This document shows, one piece after another, positions 24,415-39,233 of a stretch of DNA of 64,000 nt (the first letter of the stretch is position 1; each line of letters starts with the position of its first letter). A program made the position numbers and the translations under genes. Under the pieces are notes generated by a model that was given only the letters and a program-made list of their open reading frames with translations, was not told the DNA's origin and ran no database searches. Source of the stretch: Eledone cirrhosa (lineage: Eukaryota); the NCBI GenBank assembly GCA_964016885.1, contig OZ024740.1:198214001-198278000 (forward strand). The letters are read 5' to 3'.

Positions 24415-27400
24415 TTTCGAGCACGCGCCTTAGGTCTGACAATGCAACATTCGTGTTTCGCATTGAAGAAATGGTCTAATGCCATTCTCGCCGCTCGTAC
24501 GTCAGTTGCAATGCCACTATAAATAGCCTCGTCTAACTTATCTACCAGCTCCCCCTCCTTTCTATTTTTCTCTCATGCTAGTTCTTTGCTGAACTCTATC
24601 GAAGATACTCTAATCTCTCTTTTGAGAGCCCCCCACCGTCTGTTGTTGAATGATCCCCCCTGTCAACGTTTGCTTAACTAAATTGTTGACTCGGTCCCTG
24701 TAAGCCTTACGTGCCGGAAATGACATGTTCAGCTTCCAGTAACCCGGTCCCAACTTACGCGTTTTATCTAGGTCGACCGTACAGATCACAAATTTGCGAT
24801 CTGAATAGGCGACCGTTTTAAAAAGTGGGCAGCCTACACTATTTCTATCTATTTTCCTAATGAAGATCCGGTCTATATACGATCTAGATGACCCCATTCG
24901 GTTGGTTCATATCCATACTGGCGCATTGGGGAAATCTAGTCGAAACCTGTCAGACAGTTGGAACTTGCTGAGTAGGTGCTTGAGGCTTTTGCACCCCCCG
25001 CTCCTATCAGCTACTCCCACACAATCCCAGCGTGCGTCTAAGATGCCATTCCAGTCCCCGCTAACAGTAAGGGCGAAACGTACCCAGAAAGGTCTCCAGG
25101 GGCCTAAAGAAGTTCGGTAGTCCGGCCCCTGTAGGGGCGTAGACGGCTAGCAGTCTAAAGGCACCACATTCGCTACTGCTTACATCCAAGATCACCAACT
25201 TACCGTCCGGGTCCCGGAAGATCGATCTTACCTCGAGATCCAGTCCTTTCCTAAACAGCATTGCCACCCGACCTCTCATTCCAGGCCTGCTAACAGATGT
25301 GAAGATCTGATAGTCGTCGAAAATGGAGGCTAGTGCGCGCGTGTCGGAAATTCTGGTCTCGCTGACGGCAATCACATCCATTGCCAGCGACCTGAGGTCG
25401 TTGAGTAGGCGACCCACTTCCAGGGTGACCCCAGGCCGCGAACATTTAAACTTCCTACTTTTAATATGGCCATGTTGGCAAGCTAAAAGAATGAGGGAAG
25501 GTTTACTTACCTCCCGGGGTCTTGTGAAAGTCGGGTGGTTCGACCTCCATGGATTTCTTTTGGGAACCCCTTTAAAATCTCGATGTGGGTTTCACTTTCA
25601 GGGTTCCCAGGTTTTGAGGAAAGTTCATCCGAATTTCTTTGAAGGAATCGAGTGACATTCGGACCAGAAGCAAATCTTCTGGCACGCAAAATGTGCTCAT
25701 TTCAAAGATCTCCCCCTCCATTTGAATGTCCTTGCTTCGTGCTAAGAGCGCCATCAGTTTATCGTTGGCCCGTCTGACAAGCATGAAGTTTTTAATATTT
25801 TGTTGGTTTGGTTTTATTTGTTTTCTTTTTGGTGACTGTGGTGGTGATGGTTTTGGTGGTCTTGTTTCGGGTATGTCTGTGTTTGTTGTAGGTGTGGTGT
25901 CTGCAATTTCAGGTAGTTGTGTGTTTATTTGTACTTGTGTTTGTTTAGGTTGTTTGCGTTTCGGGGATTGTGGGGGTGGTGTCGATGTTGCTGTTGGTGC
26001 TGATGTTATTGGGGAAGTGTTTACGTTAGTAGTGTCTGTATTTTTTGTTGTATATGGTTTTGTGTTAAGTTGGGGCTTTTTTGGGGGGAGGGGGATGAGT
26101 TTTCTCTGGTTTTTTTTTGCACTTTTGGGTTTTCCTTCATCTTCGCTGCTGGAAGACAAAGGGTCTGTGGCTGTGAGTGTCTCTGTGTCTATGTGTGCGT
26201 TTATTGTTTTGACTATAGTATAATTGGGGGTGGGGGGGAGTGTGAGAGCTTTCCACGTTTTCCCCTTGCATTGGTTTCGGTGTTGGTGGTGGTCCGGCTG
26301 TTTTTGATGTTGGTGTCCGTGTCTTTATTGGTGTTGTTTTTGGTGGTGGTGCTGCAGCTTTCCGTGCTGACACTGGCGTTGGCAACAAAGGAGGTTTGCG
26401 ACCCCTTGCATTTTTGCCTGAGGGCAGAAGGCTTGCAGATGCGCTGCTTCCCTGTAGACGAAGCAGTGCGGCCTTCCTCCCTCACAGATTAGTTGGATTG
26501 TTGTCCGGTCCTGCAGGCGGGAACAATCTGGGATCTTTTTCATGTCCTCCGGTTTCATTTGGGGAAGAATCTCCAAATCTATTCCGGACCAGTCTTCTCT
26601 CTGTGTCCTTTTGATATCCAAGAGGGTAGTGCCTGTCCCCTCCTCGATTACGAAATCCCAGGAGCCACAATATGTTCATTCCTGGTGGGATGCTGGGAAT
26701 GCGGACCTTTACTGTCCTTTTACCCATGTAGGACGGGTGCATGATAATGCGTTCCGTTCTGCAGGGGGTCACCGAGTGCTTTATAGCAAGGGCCTCGGTT
26801 TTGAACACTACCGAGATGGTACCGAACTCTTTGGCCCTTGCTTTATACTCTATGTCACTTCCGATGCACTCCAAAGCAGCCTCGACCTCTGCTTGGCTGG
26901 CAAGTTCCACTTTGCGTGTCTGCACCGAAATGCATCGAAAGTACACCGCCATCCTTTGCATGGCCGCTATTGCCCCGTCCGGGATGGTCAGGTTTGCCCA
27001 GGACTTCCATCGTTTAATTAGCTCTCCACGCCTGGGCCAACTGTTCGGCTTTATCGCTAATATCAATATTCAATAAGCGCTTTGTTTTTGCTGCTGCTGC
27101 AGCAAAGGTGGTGCCTCTGGTGCTCTTGTGGTTGGTGTTGTCGTTCTTGCTGTTGTTATTGGTGTTGTTGTTGCCACCGCCATCCGTGTTTACATTGAAC
27201 CTGCCGGTGTTATTCTCGTTGTTGCTCTGAGTTGTTGTTGTGGTGGTGGTGGTGATGTCGTTTTCAGATGATACTGCTCCTAACACAGAGGGGATCGGTT
27301 GTGATGGTAGCTTTTGAGTTTTGCCTTCACATTCAGTGGAATGGTCGACAGACATGTCTGTAGCAGTAGTAGTTGTGGTGAGATAAACAGTGGCTGCTTT

Positions 27401-27560
27401 TGAACTTTTGACCTGAACATTGTTCACCGTTTGAAGGTCGAACATTTCCATATTTCTTTTTGGTGGGGAAGCGATTTTTTCGAACTTTTTAAAAAGAAAT
27501 CTGAATATTCGGGCTTAAAGCCCGAATATTGAGAGATCTCCCTCCCTTGGAACCAAGCTT
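24415..27560 (-). mobile_element. L1/Tx1-type LINE, 5' half: 5' UTR, ORF1 (frameshifted) and APE endonuclease of ORF2
   Basis: ORF1 pieces 27451-25507 with degenerate zinc knuckle CFVYREAAHLQAFC. ORF2 from ATG ~25473: DVIAVSET, LLAVYAP, SYIDRIF, SDRK (SDH motif), GPGYWKLN. Collinear with 53470-54497. Confidence 0.9.
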
Positions 27561-27685
27561 ATGCTTCGTTAACGACAACAAAATACAAAAAATGATACTT
27601 TAAAACAGTTTAAAGTTACGAACCTTTCCCCCCGCAGACTTGTGCGTCTTCATACATGCGCGTCCAATAATAATAATTATAATAA

Positions 27686-27733
27686 TTGTTTCTACTTTTG
27701 GCACAAGGCCAGCAATTACCCAATGCATTACTG
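27686..27733 (-). mobile_element. SINE family A tail fragment
   Basis: tgtttctacttttggcacaaggccagcaattacccaatgcattactg. Confidence 0.75.
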
Positions 27734-27847
27734 ATAATATATGTATATATATATATAAGTTTACCCCGGGTCCAATCGGGGGTAATCACCGTAAGTAAGG
27801 TACTCAATACTATATAATATATATATTAATATTGGAAAATAGTCAGG

Positions 27848-27943
27848 AACCCGACAGCTGAGCTCCGGCCGTTTCGACAGCCAGATCCGAACTAAGCCAC
27901 GAGTATTAGAACGGCGGGAATCTAACTGAACTTATCAAGGGGT
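27848..27943 (-). ncRNA. Hammerhead-like motif with U3-A8 core and long stems II/III
   Basis: - strand CCC-UUGAUAA-G..CAGUUAGAUUC(loop)GGAUCUGGCUG.C-GAAA-CGGC(CGGAGCUCA)GCUG-UC/GGG. 3' halves of the same family at ~32060-32100, ~32280-32320 and ~35623-35660. Confidence 0.62.
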
Positions 27944-28299
27944 AAGTCCATATAAGGGCATGCAGTCGAAACAAACAAAAGCAGAAATATCTAAGTAAAA
28001 AATTCTAAAAATTTGTTGTTTTTCTTGTCTGTCATAATTATTAATCTGTGCCGAACGTGTTCATTCTTCTTCCCACAATAATTTCAATGGATATGTATAT
28101 AGTCATATATGCTTATGAAAAGAAAAAAAAATGATATTTAGAACCCGCACCTATGCCGGTTTAGCTGGCCTTCTACAAAGTTGCATCACATAGGAGGATC
28201 GTCGAAGGTTTTTTTGATAGTTGTCCCAGTCTTATCAATTAGACATAAAACACGAAATGAAGTCTCATTGTCAAGACCACTACCCATGTGACTGATTTG

Positions 28300-28760
28300 A
28301 TGATACACACGCTTTCTGATGAGGGTCCAATTAGATAAGAAAATCATTTAAATGTGTTTATTATGTTTTCAATTTACGGAGAAATTCGTATTTTCTGACA
28401 TGTTTATATGTCAACATATTAGATATGTGTATATATATATACACGTCAGTTCGGTGCAGTTTCTGTTAAACACTGTGTGTTGATATATATAATTTATTAT
28501 ACATTTGGGCTGCAAGCGCACTTCTTAATATATGTCTTAATTAATTACCAACACCAGGGATAGTTATATGGAAATTAGTACACCGATTTCAGAATAATAC
28601 TAAGAGTGAATGGGTAGATATATCCACCAAGAACATGTTTTCTTGTGGCTGATGAGGGTCCAATTAGATCCAAAAATCGATTAAAACTGTTTAACATTCT
28701 TCCATTTTACAGGGATATTTGTATTTTCTGGCATGTTTAGATATGTGTATATATATCTAT
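28300..28760 (+). repeat. Two diverged direct repeats ~333 bp apart, each with a decayed HHR motif
   Basis: ctgatgagggtccaattagat at 28316 and 28649, followed by gaaaatcattta / aaaaatcgatta and shared downstream gtattttctg.catgttta. Confidence 0.65.
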
Positions 28761-29067
28761 ACACCTTGTTGCAGTTTATATGTATATGTGTATATATGCA
28801 TATATTTGTACATGCGTGTGTGGTGTGTATGTGTTACATCATCTACCATACACCATCCCCATCACAAACAGACACAAACTTATGTTTATCTAACTTTTCT
28901 CTCTACCGTATTTCTACCATCAATCATCTATTATTTATCTCAACTTTCAAATACGTTATGATTTACTTTACCACAGATAATTTCATCTGTAGATTCTAAC
29001 TATCTCATTCCACTAACGGACGGATTTGTTATATTTTACTGCAAAATTATGTGTATACAAATATAGG

Positions 29068-29069
<2 letters not shown>

Positions 29070-29105
<36 letters not shown>

Positions 29106-29233
29106 CATACATACACACACAGACACTTATATATATATATATATATACATATGCATATATATATATATATATGTATTAAATATATGTATTAATACGGCGA
29201 ACCTAGACGAAATATAATTGTCTGGGTTGTCAA

Positions 29234-29280
<47 letters not shown>

Positions 29281-29293
29281 GTGTGTATGTAGT

Positions 29294-29340
<47 letters not shown>

Positions 29341-29360
29341 ATGTAGTGATATATATATAA

Positions 29361-29454
<94 letters not shown>

Positions 29455-29556
29455 TTATATATATATATATATATCACTACATACACACATACGCACGCAC
29501 GCACACACAGTCACACTCACGCCTACACCAACACACATATATATATTCACATATAA

Positions 29557-29598
<42 letters not shown>

Positions 29599-29672
29599 AT
29601 GTGTGTGTGTTTGTGTGTGTATACAAACACATATATATACCCCTATGCAAATGCATATATATATATATATAT
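29070..29672. repeat. Compound (TA)n/(CA)n/(TG)n microsatellite field
   Basis: Directly visible. Confidence 0.9.
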
Positions 29673-30879
29673 GTAAAACAGGAATCAATTGTTGCCATGA
29701 TGGCCAAATAAATATGATGCATATTTTCATTCATTAAAATATATTACACTTACAGAACTGGTACTCTTTTTTGTCCTAACGAATTTGAAAGAATTTCTCT
29801 CTGTTTCAAATGGCAACAGTAATAATTATTTCTGTATATATATATTAATTTTCAACACGTACAACAGAAATACCATTAAAATGTAGCTGCAATCAAATTT
29901 AAAATATTAGCAAATTTCAATTTGGTATCGATTTACAAAACATATATTCTTTTATTCATTTAGACGTTTCGATCATTAGAATGTGGCAATACTGGAGCAC
30001 CGCATTGATTTTATACGAATAGTTTGAACACAGCAATTATGTTTTAAAGTTTGGTACTTATTTTATCGATCTCATTTTCACAGATCATAAAGAGACACAG
30101 ACTTAAACACAGCTACTCCAAAACTTATGTATATATAAACATTATATGGAAGGAATATATTCGATAGGTTAACGATTGAAATAGCAGGAAGAAGGTCTTA
30201 CCCTTTCAGACGATAGTCCTTCATCAGATCAGAAGAAAATATGAGAAATAAGATATATTGAAGGGACGGGCAGGGTGGAATTGGAAAAAATGTCTTTAGA
30301 TAAAAATAACAACCCATTCATGTTGAGATCTCTTATATACACAAACATATATATATACACACTCATATATCTATATACATACATACAAGCACACACATGC
30401 TCTCTCATACACTAATACATTCTGATTTTATTTACGCCTAATAAGATTTGTTTTACGCCTAATAAGACTTGTTTCTGGAGGTTAATCAAATACTTAAATT
30501 TACAACTCCAGATATCATTTTATTTCGCCAAATATTACATTAAATGTATTGGTTACTTAAGAGTGCAAAGCACATGCTTGTCACATGATTCTTACATTAT
30601 CTCATCCGCTTTTTTATGAGAAAGCATCTAATACTTCCATTGTTAATTTGTAGTTTAGTTTTTAATATTCTTCTCTTCAATTACTATAAACAATTCTTCA
30701 CTTAGACAATGTTGAGTTAAGACAAAATTAATTTGTAATTAAAATCTTTATTGCCACACGATCTCCTTATAATTCTAGATTTTCACTTACATACAAACAA
30801 GTGAAAAAACTAATAAATTTCCATTTGTTTTCTTCATAGATATTACCATTTGTGTTACTATTATATAGAGAAGATATGC

Positions 30880-31085
30880 AGACAAGAGGTTAAGCTGTTC
30901 GGCTCATGATCCTAATATCTTGGGCTCGATTACTCTTCATTATACATTGCCCCAGTCAAGTCAACTGAAAATGAGTACTAGCTGCAACATTAGATAAACG
31001 TGAATTCTGCAATGAGCTGGCGTCCAATCCAGAGAATTGGACTGTAATTCCAGACCCTTTACGCCAAGAAGTGGGCTTTTGACGG
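30880..31085 (+). mobile_element. Old degenerate tRNA-SINE-like remnant
   Basis: tRNA-like head remnant (ggttaagctgttcggctcatgatc..gggctcgattac) and cagtcaagtcaactgaaaatgagtac..ctgcaatgagctggcgtccaatccag. Confidence 0.4.
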
Positions 31086-31308
31086 ATTCTAAATATTTCA
31101 CTCATTATATACTTAGAGTGTTTTCAGAAAAAAAAACAACAACAAAAAAACAGTTGTTATTGAACTACGATATCTGCTTTCAGGGAGGAACAAAAAAGCT
31201 TTTCCGTGTAGGCTCTCCGTACATTAAAGATATCATTGGAAAATGTAATGTTTGACAACTAACACAAAATGGCCGGTATTAAATCCTATAACAAAGCATA
31301 TCAATATA

Positions 31309-31359
<51 letters not shown>

Positions 31360-31714
31360 ATATATACACGCACAAACACACACACATATATATATATGTG
31401 CAAATATATTTTTTTCTTTTTCTTCTTCTGGGACCAGGGTCCTGAAACACTTCTTCTACCTGGAGTGACTCTGATCGGCGAGCTACGGGCTCTATCGAAC
31501 AACGTTACCCCAGAGACACTTCAGAGTAACCACATTTCGGCAGCTTGTATTCGTGATCGTATTCTTTCAGTCCTCAACCAAGATTCAGGACCAAAGGTAA
31601 GGATTGGCACGAATACATTCCACCCATGTAGCACTCGGAATCAAACCCATCAAGTGCATATCGGAGATCACTTTCTGTCGCGAACGCAGCACAACTGTCC
31701 AAATATTTACACTG

Positions 31715-31823
31715 CACCAGGTCTGTGTGAATCTGAGAGGGGGTATATATTGAATAAAATCATAATTAACTGATCCTCCTGTATTTTATTTTACTCAAAG
31801 TCAGGAACTTTTCAGCACCACTC

Positions 31824-31828
<5 letters not shown>
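31715..31828 (+). mobile_element. mariner-type transposon 3' end fragment
   Basis: tgtgtgaatctgagaggggg..tattgaataa (CVNLRG.YIE*-like C-terminus) then TIR-like caggaacttttcagcaccactcgtg|TA. Confidence 0.55.
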
Positions 31829-31910
<82 letters not shown>

Positions 31911-31911
<1 letters not shown>

Positions 31912-32109
31912 CGAAGGAAATGTGGTAAGGAACCAGGTGGACCATAACGCACCAAAGTACTCAATACTTAGGGTAGTAGAGTGGGTAATAGGAACAAATA
32001 AGACCCCGACGGCTGAGCTCAAGCCGTTTCGACGGCTAATTCTGTACTAATTCAGTACAGAATTAGCCGTCGAAACGGCTTGAGCTCAGCCGTCGGGGTC
32101 TTACTTGTT

Positions 32110-32142
<33 letters not shown>

Positions 32143-32334
32143 CGAAGGAAATGTGGTAAGGAACCAGGTGGACCATAACGCACCAAAGTACTCAATACTT
32201 AGGGTAGTAGAGTAGGTAATAGGAACGAGTAGGACCCCGACGGCTGAGCTCAAGCCGTTTCGACGGCTAATTCAGTCCAGAATTAGCCGTCGAAACGGCT
32301 TGAGCTCAGCCGTCGGGGTCCTACTCGTTCCTAT
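31911..32334. repeat. Two tandem ~200-bp units, each ending in a fold-back hairpin (31988-32114, 32219-32334) made of an HHR 3' half
   Basis: Shared leader aacgaaggaaatgtggtaaggaacc.. at 31910 and 32141; arms contain gtcGAAAcggcttgagctcagccgTCggggtc; separated by (TA)n. Confidence 0.88.
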
Positions 32335-32345
32335 ATATATATATA

Positions 32346-35110
32346 CAGATCTTCTGGGAATTTTCATATTAAATATGATAAATAGAAAACTCCCGGTGAT
32401 TACCGGTGGTTTATATAGGGACGACATTTTATTTACGGTGGTCAAACACAACAATATAGAACTAAATAGAGTAAAGAAAAGTATAATAGAATTCTTTAAA
32501 ATGTACAACCTTAAATTAGAAGTAGAAAATGGTACCAAAATAGTTAATTTCCTAGACGTTACCTTTAACTTAAACACTGGCTTCTATTAACCTTTTCATA
32601 AGCCCAACGAAAACTTAAACTATGTTAGTAACCATTCCAATCACCCTTAATCTGTAAAAAAAGCTATAGTAAATAGTGTGCAAAAACGAATTAATAAAAT
32701 ATCAGCCAATAAACATATATTTGAGGAAAATGCTGAATACTATAACAACGCGTTAAAAAGAGCAGGATATACGAATAACATAGAATATGTAGATAATAAT
32801 AATCGAACTATTAATCTTAATAAAAATAATAACATATATAAGGGAAACTCTATTAATTATAATTCAAACACCCATACGCCAAATAAATCGAGGATAAGAA
32901 CTAGAACTAAACCAGTCATATGGTTTGCCCCCCTTCTTCTGTCGCAGTTAAAACACCAATCGCAAAATTATTCTTTAAAGCTCTTGACACTTCTTTCCCT
33001 ACTCAACATAAATACCATTCCATTTTTAATAGACATACCATTAAATTCTCATATTCTACAACCAGTAACATGGCCCAAAACATCGCCAAATTAAACACTA
33101 AAATCCTAAAACAAAACCAACATAATGACATTAATAATAGAGTTAACATAAATGATACTAAACCTAAATGTAATTGTAGAAATAAAACTGATTGCCCTTT
33201 ACAAAATAATTGTTTAGATAATCATTTGGTTTATAAATGCACCGTAAAAACTGATCACAATACTTACAACTACATAGGATCGACTTCTTCCACCTTTAAA
33301 TCCAGATTTGCGAACCATAAATGCTCATTCTCGAACTCTAAGAGGAAATCATCCACGTCTTTATCACAGCTCATATGGTCATTAAAAGAGAAGAATTTAA
33401 AATACTCCATTCTTTGGACAAAACTTCGGAACTGTGGCGTTTACCACAACTCTAGTATATCAAATAACTGCGCACTCTGTACAATGGAGACCCTGTTGAT
33501 TATTAATAACTACGAGACCCTAATTAACAGAAAAAGTGAATTATTCTCTAGTTGCCTCCACAAAGCTACGTCCACATTCTTAGCCTCCCACAAAACGAGA
33601 AAAAAAGAGAGAGAAACATTAAACCATTAAAAACTTGGTTGTCAGACATATAGAATCAACAGGGAAAAACTTTAGTGCCCTTTAATATTGCATTATCTTA
33701 TAACTATCTATAGAAGAAATAACTCTTGTTCAATAACATGCCGAAACATTGATACACATAACATTATTCTGTTAACTTTGATCCATACCGTTATTTCTTT
33801 ATTTCTCTATCCTTATCTTCCTACTTAAGTTTTAAATCTGAGTTTTGTATCCAATCTTTACTGAACTTATTTATAATTGTGAATTTTTCATGCGTTTCTG
33901 ATCTCTTATTTATAATGTTGTATGTAATTATATTTTCTATGTTTTTAAATATACCTACCGCATTCTTATATCCATGATTCAAATATAGAGCAAATATCCA
34001 AATTACAAATTATTATAAACATTATTTCGAACTATGAATTATCCATGCATTTATTATTGTTTTTCTTATATATATATATGTATTTAACTTTAACACGTAG
34101 AATTTTATTACATAAAATTATAACCATTATCATTTACCTAAAGTATACTGTATCACTAATACATAATATAAGATATATCCATATATAACTCCCAAGTATC
34201 TTTATATACATAATTTTCAGTTAACTTCTAAATGTTTTGATTGTTTTTACTTTGAGCTAGGAATAATTAATGCATGTACACACGGTTATATATGGGTATA
34301 TATTTAGTTTTAACATGCCTCAATCTATTATTTTATTTTTATTTTATTTTCATTATCATTTACCTAAAATATACTGGCTCATTAATTAATTAATATATAT
34401 CTATATACATAACCGTTATTTAAATTGTTATAACAATAAGTACTTCAAAAGCTTTATATACCTAATACGTTGACAATAACTAACTTCATTAAAGATTACA
34501 TTTAAGAAAATATTCAACAGTGTAAACTTTCCTTAATAATGGCCAGCTAAACCCTTTTAATCTTATCATCAACAAATTCAGAAGCTTAGAAATGTTAACA
34601 CACTTATAACATTTACAAAACTAATATATAAATAACCACCAATTTAAAAAAAACCCCTAAAATATTGATTCTTCACCCTAAGATAACATAAATTAAATAT
34701 TTTCAAAATTAACCGTTTAACTTTCGGGAAAAAATCTCCTTCTGCATACATCACCCCCCTCAACTTCCCCCCCTCTCTCACTGACTGTTATAATTCATGA
34801 AATGCTTTCCTAGATAAATTGTAGTATCATACATATTAAAATCGCGATAACTGGTACATTAAGCAACGTTTTTCTTACTCACACATTCTCTATTGAATTT
34901 ATTACGTTTTCGCATTTTCTCATTATTAGGATATAAATGTTGAATTTTCTCTTAGGTTAATCACTACTTTGATTAAATCTTAACCATTTAACATCTCAGG
35001 GTATGTTATAACTCATTATATTTTGTCTGATGAGGACGTACTGTTGTACATCCGAAATATGTATAATAAAATGTAATTGAGCAAAAGAACATCTATTTTA
35101 TTAATATTTA
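32346..35110 (+). mobile_element. Penelope-like element, 5'-truncated: RT C-terminal part, GIY-YIG endonuclease, ~1.4-kb 3' region with HHR
   Basis: GGLYRDDILF, VNFLDVTFNL, ALKRAGY, HSIFNRHTIKFSYS, CNCRNKTDCPLQNNCL, LVYKC..NYIGST..FKSRFANH, CALCTME; stops and frameshifts. Confidence 0.9.
35019..35073 (+). ncRNA. Minimal type I hammerhead ribozyme in PLE 3' pseudo-LTR
   Basis: UAUUUUGU-CUGAUGA-GGAcGUAC(UGUU)GUACaUCC-GAAA-UAUGUA-UA/AUAAAAUG; overlaps AATAAA. Confidence 0.8.
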
Positions 35111-35215
35111 TATTCTAATATATATATATACATGAAAAAGAACACAAGAGCGTCTACAACATGAAAAGATTTTTATTGGCTTACATATATATATATATAT
35201 ATATATATATTGGCT

Positions 35216-35250
<35 letters not shown>

Positions 35251-35591
35251 TATTTTATTTTAATATATATATATATATATATTAAAATAACAGATTAAAG
35301 TTTAAGCAAAGAATCGCTGCTTTCACCTTTTTACTTAAACTTGAATCTGTTATTTTAATAAATATTTACTCTAGGGTTCTTTTATATTTGATATATATTA
35401 TTCCTTATCGAGCCATATAATGTTTCTGAATCAAATGGAGTAGCGAAACAATTCTAAACGGACATTATTATTATTAATATTATTATTATTATTCTCTACA
35501 TTCCTTACATCAAACTAAAACTATGTTGACAATCTTTTAATAATGTCTTCCTTGTGAAATTTGTGGTCTTGTTTTGCTTAACTAATTAATA

Positions 35592-35623
<32 letters not shown>

Positions 35624-36186
35624 GCTGTTGAAACTGCAGGAGCTCAACTGTCGGGTTCCCGAATCCTTTATATATGAGTCTGTGTGTACACTTCCCTGAT
35701 CCAGGATTGAACTATCCAGTCACGCAATTTGAAACTTAATTTTTTTCTCAATATTTCACCGCATTTAGCGAATGCATCACGTTCGGACATATAAAGAAAC
35801 TTGGGCAAGTTATTTGACTGAAACATATATAATGCAACAATGGATGGCGATTCATATAAAACGTAGAAACATAATTACTTTCCCCAAAAACGTATAATTA
35901 GCAGTGTAACTATGTGTGTTTTTCATATTTCTCTCTTCACAAATTGCTTTCATCATGTGTTCACCTCATAACGAATGATCACCACACAAACACACCACCT
36001 CACAACCACACATCCATACCTCATAGACACATCACTTCACAACAAAGTAACCCTACACTACAAACATACCACCGTACAACTACACCACCCTACTCCACAG
36101 GCACACTCTCTTGCACTCACACAATTCCTAGTCTACATCATAATCATTAGATTTATGTGTTTGAATCAAAATGTATTAGCTATAAT

Positions 36187-37646
<1,460 letters not shown>

Positions 37647-37747
37647 GAAGTAATTCCATCGGAAAAGTCCAGGAAAAAAGAGTGCTCTATGTAAGCAACA
37701 GAGCTTAATTATTATTATTATGTAATAAACAACATAAGGCAATTATT

Positions 37748-37803
37748 CCATTTACCAGTGGTTTCTTAAAAGCAAAAGGTTTTGCTTTCAATCCTCAGAA
37801 TGA
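37748..37803 (-). ncRNA. Type I hammerhead ribozyme (distal pseudo-LTR)
   Basis: - strand UCAUU-CUGAGGA-UUGAAAGCAAA(ACCU)UUUGCUUUUAA-GAAA-CC(ACU)GG-UA/AAUGG. 11-bp stem II, GUA triplet; stem II closing pair is U-A rather than G-C. Confidence 0.75.
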
Positions 37804-38020
37804 AAAATCCTGGTTTGTTTATTGAATATGGATTCTAAAAACGAAAATGCAATCTATATGAAAGTGAGGCTGGAAAAGGGAGAAGGAAAGGAAAAATAAA
37901 ATAAAATAAAACTACACATGCAAACACACACAAAAAAACCCAAAAGCATACTTACACACACACACATATATACACATATAATTTGCACGCATACACATAT
38001 ACACATACACATACATATAC

Positions 38021-38063
<43 letters not shown>

Positions 38064-38166
38064 CACATACATATACACATATATATATATAAAGAGCGTA
38101 CACCTACACACACATACACATATATATACACACATATACACATACATATATTCATACATACACACG

Positions 38167-38202
<36 letters not shown>

Positions 38203-38224
38203 TATACATACACATGTACATATC

Positions 38225-38266
<42 letters not shown>

Positions 38267-38715
38267 CATATACACACATATACACATATACATACACACA
38301 CACACACATGTGTGTGTACAAGCCTACACATACACACACACATATATATACACACACATATATACATACATTCACACAAACATACAACGTACATACATAC
38401 ATACACGTACATGAATGCACTCCACTACATATTAACACACGCAAATAAATATAAGAAAAAAATATATAAATAATATTAACAAATATTTGACAGCGATACA
38501 TGCCCCAGCTAACAGGACAGACACGCGTGGTAAGTAATACACACATAAGCGCATATACATACGTTCGAAATAGTAAACACATACACACACTCTCACACAT
38601 AAATATACATATACAAATACATAAACACGTACATACACATACATACGCAAACACGTACACGTATACAATATAAACACACACATGTATATGTAATTATATA
38701 CACACACACACACAC

Positions 38716-38754
<39 letters not shown>

Positions 38755-39233
38755 CAAAATATAAAAATATAAACGCACACACACATATAAATACGTAAAC
38801 ACACATATACATACATAGCTAAACAATTATACACATGCAAATACGTATATATCAAAAGAACGCACAACCAAATACAAACACACACACATATATACACACA
38901 CACACACCCACACACAAACCCACACATACATAAAAATAAATAAAAAAAAAAAAAAAAAAATAAATAAAAACACGCGCAACATATACATACATACACATAC
39001 ATATACATATATACATATATACACATACATACATATATATACACATACATATACACAAATACATATATATATATATATATACACACATACACGTACACAT
39101 ACACACATGCATACACATACACACACACATATACATGTGTGTATGTGTAAAGCTCAGTATTAGATAAGACAAAAGAACCTTACATAAACGTATATATAGT
39201 AGTAAAGTAATAAAGCCATACAAGGCAATTAAT

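Noticed and set aside
30193-30232. - strand ctgatga-a-ggac(tatc)gtct-gaaa-gggta
   Set aside because: Core and stem II present but stems I and III do not pair; probably a decayed HHR, too weak to call
31911-32334. Palindromic repeats separated by spacers, superficially CRISPR-like
   Set aside because: Only two long units, the spacer is (TA)n, no cas genes, eukaryotic context
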